A stretch of 64,000 bases of DNA from Candidatus Latescibacterota bacterium (GTDB lineage Bacteria > Latescibacterota > UBA2968 > GCA-2709665): positions 448,001 to 512,000 of the forward strand of contig CAXXXF010000006.1 of assembly GCA_963667175.2 (NCBI GenBank). The letters are read 5' to 3'. Position numbers and translations under genes: made by a program. A model generated the notes under the pieces. It was not told the DNA's origin and made no database searches. It worked only from the letters and a program-made list of their open reading frames with translations. Positions within the stretch are counted from its first letter, which is position 1; each line of letters starts with the position of its first letter. Of this stretch, positions 29,404-37,459 are shown one piece after another.

Positions 29404-32400
29404 TCAGAAGTTGACTTTCAGGCCCACGCCCACCTCGCGCGGCTTCCCGTAGTACCGGGTCAATTCGTTGTAATCCCCGTACGTCAGGTAGTCCTGGTCG
29501 TTCGGCCTGGGCAGATTCAGACCCCAGCGGACGAAGTCAGGATAGGAACCGGCCACGGGGCTGTCCTGCTGGTTGAACAGGTTGAAGATCTCCACGTAGA
29601 AGACGGCGTTTCGGTGCCCGCCCTCCACGAGCGTCTTCTCGACCTGCAGGTCGGTCCAGGTGCGGATGGGCCTGTGACGCAGTTCCGGCTGCTTCCCGGG
29701 CGGCGTGTACCATTGGGGCCTGCCGCTCTGGATGCGCCAGACCATATTGGCGCGCAGGCCGCCCACCGCGTGGAACTGGCGCAGCCCGGGGCCGAAGTCC
29801 ATGGGCGTGTCCAGGTACAGCGAGAGACTGGACTGGACGCGCAGGTCGGACCCCTTGGGGTTGAACAGGCGGCCGCCGCCGTAGGTGGGCTGCCACACGC
29901 CGTTCATGTTGGCCGGCGCGTCGTAGGCCTTCTGGATGTCCATGAACTCGAAGATCACGAACTGATAGCTGTTCGTGATGCCTCTGGCCCTGCCCCGCCA
30001 CCAACTGGCCACCCGCGTGGCGAGTTTCATCCGCTCTTCCAGCGTGAAGTCCTTGCGGACGTAGGACGAGCCGTCCCATTCCCAGTCGTGATACTGGTCC
30101 GGATTCATCACGTACGAGGAATCCGGGTAGAACATGGTGGCGTTGGAGCCCACGCGCGCCGTGGACGCCCAGCCGAAGTTGACGGCCGCGTTGAACGAGA
30201 AGTAGTGGCTGAAGCCCTTGCGCACGTGCAACTCGAGACCTCTCATGTCCTGGTACGTGCTGGGTTTGCGGCCCCAGACCCACGTTGTCCGCTGCGGCTC
30301 GTACCAGTAGCGGCTGCCGGAGGAAATCTTTCCGATTGCGCTCTTGTAGTAGGCCGCCATACCCGCCGTATAGTCAGCCACGAAGTTCCAGTCGGCGCCC
30401 GCCTCGTACGCCCGGGTACGCGTGAGCGAAACGTAGGGGTTTGCCATCCGGACCTGACCGTGCAGACCGCGGAACGCGTCCCACGCCACGTGGGCGTCGG
30501 GGCCGTTCGCGCGCCACTGTTCACGGAAGTACTCGAACAGATCGGGCACCTTCGCGTACAGGCCGGCGGTAAAGTGGAAGGCGGACCGCTGCGTGATGGG
30601 ATGGGAGATCCCGAAGCGCGGGCTGAACTGGGTCGCCCACTGCGGATCCACCGTGACCATGTCCACGTGCTTGATGAGCCAGCGGTTCTGCGGCGTCTGA
30701 AGCTGCGAGACGTTGTAGAACCTGTGGTTGGTGTAAAGCGCGTCGAACCGGATGCCCGCGTTCATCACCATCCCCTCGAACTCCATCTTGTCCTGCAGAT
30801 AGAATCCGATCTGAATGGGGTTGATGGGGGCCTTCACGTCCGGGAGATTGCCCGAGTGGGTGATGAAGTCCACGATCCGCTGGCTCGGGTTGGGCGAGTT
30901 GTAGTTCAGATAATAGATGCTGAACCGGGTGAGATCGATACCCGTCTTGACGAAGTGCCCCTTGGTGACCTGAGAAGACACGTCCAGCTTCACGTTCAGC
31001 CGGCTGCGGTCGGCGATGGTATAATTCGCGACGTTACTGGGCTTCACGTTGAACCAGCCGTCCAGGTCCTTCTCGCCGAATACCGTTACCGGGAATCCGA
31101 AGCTGTCCTTCGGCCAGTTGGTTTCCTGGGTATCTTCCAGCGTCGTGTAGAACGACACCCTGGCTTCGTAGAACGTCTTCGGGGATACCGTGTGGGTCAG
31201 GGACGCGTACGTGACGCGATCGGAAACCTTGCGACCGCCCGCGCCCGACCCCTCCGGCAGGAAGACGTTCTGCCCGTTGGAGGCCCGGTCGCGCTGGGTG
31301 TTCGTTCCCCTGTTGTAATACTCCGCCACCGAGTAGATCTGCCCGATGCTCACCTTCGCGTCGGCGCCGGGGCGGAACGTCAGCTTGGCGTTCCCGCGGA
31401 AATCCAGCGGCGTTTCCAGCGTGGGAAACCCGCCCGACATCACGCTGGTCAGGCTGGTGGCCCCCAGGCTCGGGTCGAACGTGGCATTGCGTACGGACGT
31501 GTTCAGCACGTCGGTCGGCTGCCTGGTATACCGGGCGCTGGCGAAGAAGCTGGCCTGGTCGCCCAGCGGGCCGGAAATCCCGCCCTCGATGTAGGAACCC
31601 TTAACGTCCGTATAGTCCACGGCCCTGTGCGCCAGGCCCACCTCGTCGTCGGGCGTTCCGGGAACGCCATCCTCGCCGTCGCTCAGGATCACCGTTTCGG
31701 CGCGCCATTCCCGGTCGTCCCACTTGAGCTTGTCGCGGTGATACGCGCTCTCGTACAGGTTGGCGCCCCAGTGCTTCTGGCTCGGCGGCGTATAGCGGAA
31801 ATCTCCCCAGCCGCGGAAGTCCCGCCCGCCGTCTTTCGTAATGATGGAGACCGCGCCGGACTCCAGGTTGCCGTATTCGGCGCTCGCGCCGCCCGAAATC
31901 ACCGTGATTTCCTGGACGGCGGTTTTGGAGGGTCCGGTGAACTGCCGGCCGTACCCGTCGTTGTTCGGCAGGACCACGCCGTCCACCATCAGGATGGCGT
32001 CTCTCGAGTCCCCGCCCCGGATGACGTTGGCGTTGTTGAGCTGCACGCCCGGATTCAGCGTGACCAGGTCGGTGACCGACCGCGCCATCGGGAGCGCCTC
32101 CAGTTGCTCGACGCCCATGACGTAATGACTGGTGGTCTTGTCGGGCTCCACGGGCGGACGTTCCGCCGTAACCACGAGTTCCTCGGCTTCCAGCGCCGTT
32201 TCTTTCAACTGGAAGTCGACGGTCGTGGTGAAGTCCGCCTGTATCCGCACGTCCGTCTTGGTAACGGCGTTGTAGCCGACCATAGAGGCCACGAGCGTGA
32301 GGTTGCCTGGGTCGACCGAAAGGAGCAGATAGTATCCGTCCGCATCCGACTGGGCGCCCCTGCGCGTGCCCTCGATCACGACGTTCACGCCAGGCAGCGG

Positions 32401-32529
32401 TTCGCCGGACGCCGCGTCCATGACGCGCCCGGTCAGTTTCCCGGTCTGGCCCGCGAACACGCCGGCGGTGAGGCCGGCCAGCAGAAAGACCGCGACCGGC
32501 AAAGCCACAAACAACTTCCATCGGTTCAT
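29404..32529 (-). CDS. TonB-dependent receptor with N-terminal carboxypeptidase-regulatory-like domain
   Basis: GKLTGRVMDAASGEPLPGVNVVI, plug motif IRGG...VQEITVISGGASAEYGN..SGAVSI, FSPRFGISHPIT, C-terminal PREVGVGLKVNF. Confidence 0.9.
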   Translation of the reverse strand: MNRWKLFVALPVAVFLLAGLTAGVFAGQTGKLTGRVMDAASGEPLPGVNVVIEGTRRGAQSDADGYYLLLSVDPGNLTLVASMVGYNAVTKTDVRIQADFTTTVDFQLKETALEAEELVVTAERPPVEPDKTTSHYVMGVEQLEALPMARSVTDLVTLNPGVQLNNANVIRGGDSRDAILMVDGVVLPNNDGYGRQFTGPSKTAVQEITVISGGASAEYGNLESGAVSIITKDGGRDFRGWGDFRYTPPSQKHWGANLYESAYHRDKLKWDDREWRAETVILSDGEDGVPGTPDDEVGLAHRAVDYTDVKGSYIEGGISGPLGDQASFFASARYTRQPTDVLNTSVRNATFDPSLGATSLTSVMSGGFPTLETPLDFRGNAKLTFRPGADAKVSIGQIYSVAEYYNRGTNTQRDRASNGQNVFLPEGSGAGGRKVSDRVTYASLTHTVSPKTFYEARVSFYTTLEDTQETNWPKDSFGFPVTVFGEKDLDGWFNVKPSNVANYTIADRSRLNVKLDVSSQVTKGHFVKTGIDLTRFSIYYLNYNSPNPSQRIVDFITHSGNLPDVKAPINPIQIGFYLQDKMEFEGMVMNAGIRFDALYTNHRFYNVSQLQTPQNRWLIKHVDMVTVDPQWATQFSPRFGISHPITQRSAFHFTAGLYAKVPDLFEYFREQWRANGPDAHVAWDAFRGLHGQVRMANPYVSLTRTRAYEAGADWNFVADYTAGMAAYYKSAIGKISSGSRYWYEPQRTTWVWGRKPSTYQDMRGLELHVRKGFSHYFSFNAAVNFGWASTARVGSNATMFYPDSSYVMNPDQYHDWEWDGSSYVRKDFTLEERMKLATRVASWWRGRARGITNSYQFVIFEFMDIQKAYDAPANMNGVWQPTYGGGRLFNPKGSDLRVQSSLSLYLDTPMDFGPGLRQFHAVGGLRANMVWRIQSGRPQWYTPPGKQPELRHRPIRTWTDLQVEKTLVEGGHRNAVFYVEIFNLFNQQDSPVAGSYPDFVRWGLNLPRPNDQDYLTYGDYNELTRYYGKPREVGVGLKVNF

Positions 32530-32559
32530 CTGAATACCTCCTCCGAAAAGACTCCGCGG

Positions 32560-33258
32560 TTATTTCCCGCTGAAGTAGAACTTAACCCCGGCGCCGAAGT
32601 CCAGCATCTGCAGGGGGAAGGTTTCGGAAAGTTCCCAGTCTTCGAGGCCCCGAAGATCCCCGATCATAATGTTGTATCGTCCGCGGATGTCCACGGCCAC
32701 GTTTTCGATCACGAACGCCTCAACGCCCAGCCCCGCGTTGATCCCCAGCGCGAACCGCTGATCGCTGAACGGTTCCAGTTCGAGGACCAGGTCTCCCGTC
32801 TGCCCGGGCCACAGCAACCCGCTGACGTCGTTCCTGTACCGGTAGAATCCGCCGCCCACCGCGACGTACGGGGCGAAACTGCTGGCCGCAAACGGCTCGC
32901 CGACCTGCCGCAGGCGGACGAGCGCGTTTACCAGCAGGCTGTTCAGGCTCATGTTGCTTGACGCGTTCGGGCTGGTATAGGCTTGACCGTCCGTCCAGGT
33001 GAACGTGCGCGTCAGCAGGCTCCCGTCCGTGAAATTCCCGTGGTGAAACTCCAGTTCCACGGTCACGTTCGACGCCGGCACGTACGCCGCGTTCAAACCG
33101 AACTTGGAATCGTTGTCGTACCACTCGCCCAGACCGAAGACCGGCACGTTGTAATTCGCGAACACGCCGACCCCCCAACTTCCTTCCTGGGCAACGGCAG
33201 GCCAGGTTGAAACCGCTAACACGAGAATCAACAGGCCAACAACCCTGAACACCTTCAT
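32560..33258 (-). CDS. Small outer-membrane beta-barrel protein (OmpW/OmpA-TM-like)
   Basis: Signal peptide; PYVAVGGGFY, LGINAGLGVEAF, DFGAGVKFYF strands; AAGGAGG RBS before ATG 33258. Confidence 0.82.
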   Translation of the reverse strand: MKVFRVVGLLILVLAVSTWPAVAQEGSWGVGVFANYNVPVFGLGEWYDNDSKFGLNAAYVPASNVTVELEFHHGNFTDGSLLTRTFTWTDGQAYTSPNASSNMSLNSLLVNALVRLRQVGEPFAASSFAPYVAVGGGFYRYRNDVSGLLWPGQTGDLVLELEPFSDQRFALGINAGLGVEAFVIENVAVDIRGRYNIMIGDLRGLEDWELSETFPLQMLDFGAGVKFYFSGK

Positions 33259-33404
33259 ATACACCTCCTTCACTTTGGAAGATGACTTATCCCCACCACC
33301 CTGCCATTCCAGTCCGTCTGCAATCTGCTGCGAAACAACAATCTGCGAATTTACATCTGAAAAACACCCGCAGTCTGCTCGACGTTCCACCCCCTCTCGG
33401 ACAC

Positions 33405-33443
33405 AAAAAAAGGGCCCACCTGTCCGGAAACCGGCAGCGCCCC
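33405..33443 (-). terminator. Intrinsic terminator-like hairpin inside the operon leader
   Basis: Minus strand GGGGCGCTGCCGG-TTT-CCGGACAGGTGGGCCC followed by T7 (imperfect stem). Confidence 0.55.
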
Positions 33444-33571
33444 GTTAACACACTCCTGCTTCAAGCGTATGGAATTTATGATAAACGACTACGCGGTAGC
33501 AATTTAGCATAAGCCAACCATTTGACGCGTAGAATCGCCGTTATTGAGCGTAACCGCAGGATAATCGACAG

Positions 33572-33600
33572 AAGATATACAACATTTTCCGAGTTGTCAA
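33572..33600 (-). promoter_or_regulatory. Sigma70-type promoter of the OMP-TBDR operon
   Basis: Minus strand TTGACA-17nt-TATCTT. Confidence 0.65.
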
Positions 33601-33639
33601 CCCTTTTTCTCCTGAACCCCAGGAATTCAAAAAATCACA

Positions 33640-34012
33640 ACTCACATGGATAGACAGGATGGGCAGGATGAAAACCAAAGGCACAACAAAGGCACGAGAA
33701 AAAAAAAAACATCATAAACTACGAAATACGCGAAAAGACGCGAAAAAACACAAAAAACCAACACCGGAAACTACGAAATACGTGAAATACACGAAAAAGG
33801 CTACAACCCTGAATCATACACAAAAATAGAACTTACACGGATGGACAAAATGAAAAAAAAGCGACAAAAGCATGAGAAAACAAGCATCAGAAACTACGAA
33901 ATACACGAAAAGGCGCGAAAAAACGAAATATCCATGACTGAATCCCAGTAATTCAAAAAACCAGAACTCGCATGGGTAAACAGGATGGACAGGATAAAGA
34001 CCAGGAGCAGGA
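33640..34012 (+). repeat. A-rich modular intergenic repeat, copy 2
   Basis: Three ACATGGAT..CAGGAT-type modules and three AACTACGAAATAC modules, same orientation as copy 1. Confidence 0.85.
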
Positions 34013-34142
34013 CAAATGCTCACGATTCCGGGCGGAATCGATGGCTCCTTACCTCCGTGGGACGCGCAGCCTTCCGGATCGACGTTACACGCGCGTTGTG
34101 ACGCGAGACCCGAATCGGCAAGCCTGTACCGTCTATCGGCGC

Positions 34143-35012
34143 CTAGGACAGGGTCTCGAGCACCGTTTCGCCGACGTCTGCCGGGCTGTTACAAACCCGT
34201 ATGCCCGCGGAGTTCAGGGCCGCGACCTTTTCCCCGGCCGTGCCCTTTCCGCCTGAAATAATGGCGCCGGCGTGCCCCATGCGCCTGCCCGGAGGCGCGG
34301 TCTGACCCGCTATAAAGCCGACCACGGGCTTCGGGAAGGAGCGCTTCACGTATTCGGCAGCCTGTTCTTCGGCGCCGCCTCCGATCTCGCCGATCATCAC
34401 AACGCATTCGGTATCCGGATCCTTCGCGAAGGCGTCGAGACAATCGATAAAGCTGGTTCCCGTTACGGGGTCGCCCCCGATACCCACGCACGTGGTCTGG
34501 CCGAGACCCAGGGCGGTCAGCTGGGCGACCGCCTCGTAGGTCAGGGTTCCGCTGCGTGAAATGACACCCACGTTCCCCTTCCGGTGAATCTCGGCCGGCA
34601 TGATCCCGATCTTGCATTTGCCGGGAGAGATGACCCCCGGACAGTTCGGACCGATCAGCCGGGTGGCGCGCGAACCGAGAAAGTGTTTGACCTTCACCAT
34701 GTCCAGCACGGGGATGCCTTCGCTTATACACACAACCAGGCTCAGACCGGCATCCGCGGCTTCCATGACGGCGTCCGCCGAAAAGGCCGCCGGCACAAAC
34801 ACGATCGATGCGTCGGCGCCGGTGGCGTCGACGGCGTCCGATACGGTGTTGAAGACCGGTACGCCCTCGACGCGGTGGCCGGCCTTGCCCGGCGTGACCC
34901 CGGCGACGATCCGCGTGCCGTAGTCCAGCATCTGGCGGGTGTGGAACGAGCCTTCGCTGCCGGTGATCGCCTGAACAACGACCCGAGTATTGTTATCAAT
35001 GAAAATGCTCAT
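34143..35012 (-). CDS. sucD: Succinyl-CoA synthetase alpha subunit
   Basis: [38 protein letters not shown] phospho-His motif. Confidence 0.97.
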   Translation of the reverse strand: MSIFIDNNTRVVVQAITGSEGSFHTRQMLDYGTRIVAGVTPGKAGHRVEGVPVFNTVSDAVDATGADASIVFVPAAFSADAVMEAADAGLSLVVCISEGIPVLDMVKVKHFLGSRATRLIGPNCPGVISPGKCKIGIMPAEIHRKGNVGVISRSGTLTYEAVAQLTALGLGQTTCVGIGGDPVTGTSFIDCLDAFAKDPDTECVVMIGEIGGGAEEQAAEYVKRSFPKPVVGFIAGQTAPPGRRMGHAGAIISGGKGTAGEKVAALNSAGIRVCNSPADVGETVLETLS

Positions 35013-35027
35013 TAAGAAACCCTTTAA

Positions 35028-35095
35028 TTACCAGGAGCAGCAAATAGTGGTCAGTGGTCAGGAAGAGCAGTTGTCAGCTTCCATTGATTCTCAGG
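35028..35095. repeat. Dispersed AGTGGTC-heptamer element (intron-free copy)
   Basis: ttaccaggagcagcaaatagtggtcagtggtcaggaagagcagt|tgtcagcttccattgattctca matches the joined flanks 41370-41420 + 42182-42203; diverged copy at about 36220-36294. Confidence 0.85.
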
Positions 35096-35254
35096 AGCGG
35101 CAAATCGTCGACATCCAGGCCTCACCAGAGAAGAGTGGGAGAATGTAAACGATACGGCGCTCCCCGTAACAAAACCCTTTCCGTCGTGCTTCCTCAAAAG
35201 TAGACGTAAGACGGGAGAGATTGCTCGCAGTATGCTGATGCTGCGCCGCTACGT

Positions 35255-35278
35255 GGGCGATTCGCGAATCGCCCCTGC
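35255..35278. repeat. REP-like perfect palindrome
   Basis: GGGCGATTCGCGAATCGCCC followed by CTGC (variant of the GTAG/CTAC REP foot). Confidence 0.6.
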
Positions 35279-35377
35279 AAGTGCCACGTCGGCGAGGCTT
35301 TCGTTCTTCGGTTCGGCCTTTCGGTTTCTGCTTCAAGCTGACGGCTGTTGGCTGAACGCTGACAGCTATTCCGGCAG

Positions 35378-36064
35378 TTACTGTCCCCCGGGTTTGACGC
35401 GTTCTTCGACGGCGCCGTCGGCCGTTCCGATAACGACGTGGTGGGCCAGGCCGACAAAGAGGCCGGACTCAACGACGCCGCAGATCGCCGCGATTCGCCG
35501 TTCGAGGTCGGCGGGATCGTTGATGACGCCGAAAGCGCAGTCCAGGACGTGGTTCCCGTTGTCCGTAACAAAAGCCCGGTTTTCCCGAACACGGAGACTG
35601 GCGCGGCACCCCAGGGCCTCGACCTGCAACCGTACGAACTGCCAGCCGAAGGGCACGACTTCGACGGGCAGAGGGAATTCGCCGAGCCGATTCTTGAGTT
35701 TGGATTCATCGGCAACGATGACTTCCCGGCGGCTGGCCGTGGCCACGAGTTTCTCGCGCAGCAGCGCGCCGCCTCCGCCCTTGATCAGATTGAAGGCGGG
35801 ATCGATCTCGTCGGCGCCGTCGATGGTCAGATCGATCCGGGCGGCCCGGGCGAAATCCGTAAGCGGGATCCCCTCGCGTTCCGCCTGACGCCGGGACTGT
35901 TCCGACGTGGGAATACCGTGAATCCGAAGGCCTTCCCGAACCCGCTCGCCCAGTCTTCGAATCGCAAAGTGCGCGGTGGATCCGGTCCCCAGACCGACGA
36001 TCATCCCGTCGTCCGCCAGGTCTGCGGCCCGTTCGCCTGCAAGCTGTTTCGGGTTGGCGGCCAC
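35378..36064 (-). CDS. rpiA: Ribose-5-phosphate isomerase A
   Basis: VGLGTGSTA, IDGADE, LIKGGGGALLREK, LPVEV, TDNGN motifs; GTG start at 36064. Confidence 0.97.
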   Translation of the reverse strand: MAANPKQLAGERAADLADDGMIVGLGTGSTAHFAIRRLGERVREGLRIHGIPTSEQSRRQAEREGIPLTDFARAARIDLTIDGADEIDPAFNLIKGGGGALLREKLVATASRREVIVADESKLKNRLGEFPLPVEVVPFGWQFVRLQVEALGCRASLRVRENRAFVTDNGNHVLDCAFGVINDPADLERRIAAICGVVESGLFVGLAHHVVIGTADGAVEERVKPGGQ

Positions 36065-36068
36065 GTTA

Positions 36069-36294
36069 TTACCAGTGGTCAGTGGGCAGTGGCAAGTGGT
36101 CAGCAAAAGCAGCGATCAGCATTCGGCGGTCAGCATTCAGCTTGAGTCAAAAGCAACCCATTGACGTCAACGCGGGGGCGTTTCGAGGGCAGGTGCCCTC
36201 GGTCCGGAATAAGGGGAAACCAGTGGTCAGAAAAGGCAGTGGCAAGTGGGCAGTGGACAGGAAGAGCAGTCGTGAGTTTCCATGTATTCTCAGG
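36069..36294. repeat. Heptamer tandem-repeat tracts (AGTGGTC/AGTGGGC and TCAGC-type) upstream of rpiA
   Basis: agtggtc-agtgggc-agtggca-agtggtc; gatcagc-attcggc-ggtcagc-attcagc; second tract ends in ggaagagcagt like 35061-35071. Confidence 0.7.
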
Positions 36295-36559
36295 ATCGGC
36301 GAATGGTCGACATCCAGGCTTCACCACGAATGAGTGGGTGGATGCAAACGACAAGGTGCTCCCATTTGCGGGAAATTTATCGATCCGCGAACCGAATCGC
36401 AATGACAATTAAGGGTGATAACACACCCGATCCGGCGTTCGTTCCCGGTCTGAGAAACGAAATCAATTGACATTCATGTCCGTATATATCATATATATTG
36501 CCAAGGCCGTTTGCGGTCGGCCGCACCAGTTCAGTCGAGCAACTGACACGGGAGGACAC

Positions 36560-37405
36560 GTGGCGTACACCACACTTGAAGATTTTTTCGGAGACATCGT
36601 CGGAAAGGCCAGACGCGGGCGGGGTCTGTCGGAAGCGGCGCTTGCGAGCGCGGCGGGACTGACCGCCGCGGACGTCGTCCGGATCGAAGCCTACGAACTC
36701 ACGCCCGACGACGCCGGGATCCGGACGCTGGCGGGCGCGCTGGATCTGGACGCCGGAAAGCTCGTCTCGATTGCGAGGGGATGGACGCCGGCGCGCGGAA
36801 ACGCGTCGCACGACGACGCGCGGCTGTCCGTCGAGCGGACGATTCTTGACGTGGGCATGGAAGTGAACGCATACACGTTGAAATGCAAGGCTTCGGGAGA
36901 AGGCGCGATCGTGGACGCGGGCGGGCAGGCCGGGCGGATTCTTGCGCAGGTGGAACGGATGAATCTGAACGTGACCCACGTGCTGCTGACGCACGGGCAT
37001 AGCGACCACGTGGGCGCGCTTGCTGAAATCGTCGGCGCAACCGCCGCCAGGGTGTATTGCTGCGAACGGGACTTCGGACTTCTGGGAAGTTTTAAGGAAT
37101 TCGTGACCGACCTGGTGGACGACGGCTGGCGTACGAACGTGGGGCGTATCGCGATCGACGCGGTCAGCCTTCCCGGGCACACCGCGGGCGGAATCGGGTA
37201 CGGCGCGGACGGGATATTCTTCTCGGGAGACGCGCTGTTCGCCGGATCCATGGGCGGCGCGCCGGGTCCGGCCTACGCCGGTCAGATCGCGGCGGTGACG
37301 GAAAAGGTCCTGTCAAGGGACGGGAATACCCGCGTATTTCCGGGGCATGGGCCCATCACGTCGGTCGCCGAGGAACGGGCGCACAATCCGTTTTTTTCGT
37401 GCTGA
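36560..37405 (+). CDS. MBL-fold metallo-hydrolase with N-terminal XRE-like HTH
   Basis: LEDFFGDIVGKARRGRGLS...LAGALDL HTH-like N-terminus; THGHSDHVG, PGHT, SGDALF, PGHG...ERAHNPF; GGAGG RBS before GTG 36560. Confidence 0.88.
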   Translation: MAYTTLEDFFGDIVGKARRGRGLSEAALASAAGLTAADVVRIEAYELTPDDAGIRTLAGALDLDAGKLVSIARGWTPARGNASHDDARLSVERTILDVGMEVNAYTLKCKASGEGAIVDAGGQAGRILAQVERMNLNVTHVLLTHGHSDHVGALAEIVGATAARVYCCERDFGLLGSFKEFVTDLVDDGWRTNVGRIAIDAVSLPGHTAGGIGYGADGIFFSGDALFAGSMGGAPGPAYAGQIAAVTEKVLSRDGNTRVFPGHGPITSVAEERAHNPFFSC

Positions 37406-37459
37406 GCCGCTGTTGAAGCCCTTATGTGACGACGTCTTTGGAGACTAAGGAGCCTGGAT

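Noticed and set aside
29614-32961. 1115-aa plus-strand ORF
   Set aside because: Antisense shadow of the TonB-dependent receptor and OMP genes, typical of high-GC codon usage
33640-34012. Possible CRISPR array
   Set aside because: Repeats are degenerate and irregularly spaced, intervening sequences are related to each other, and no cas genes are present
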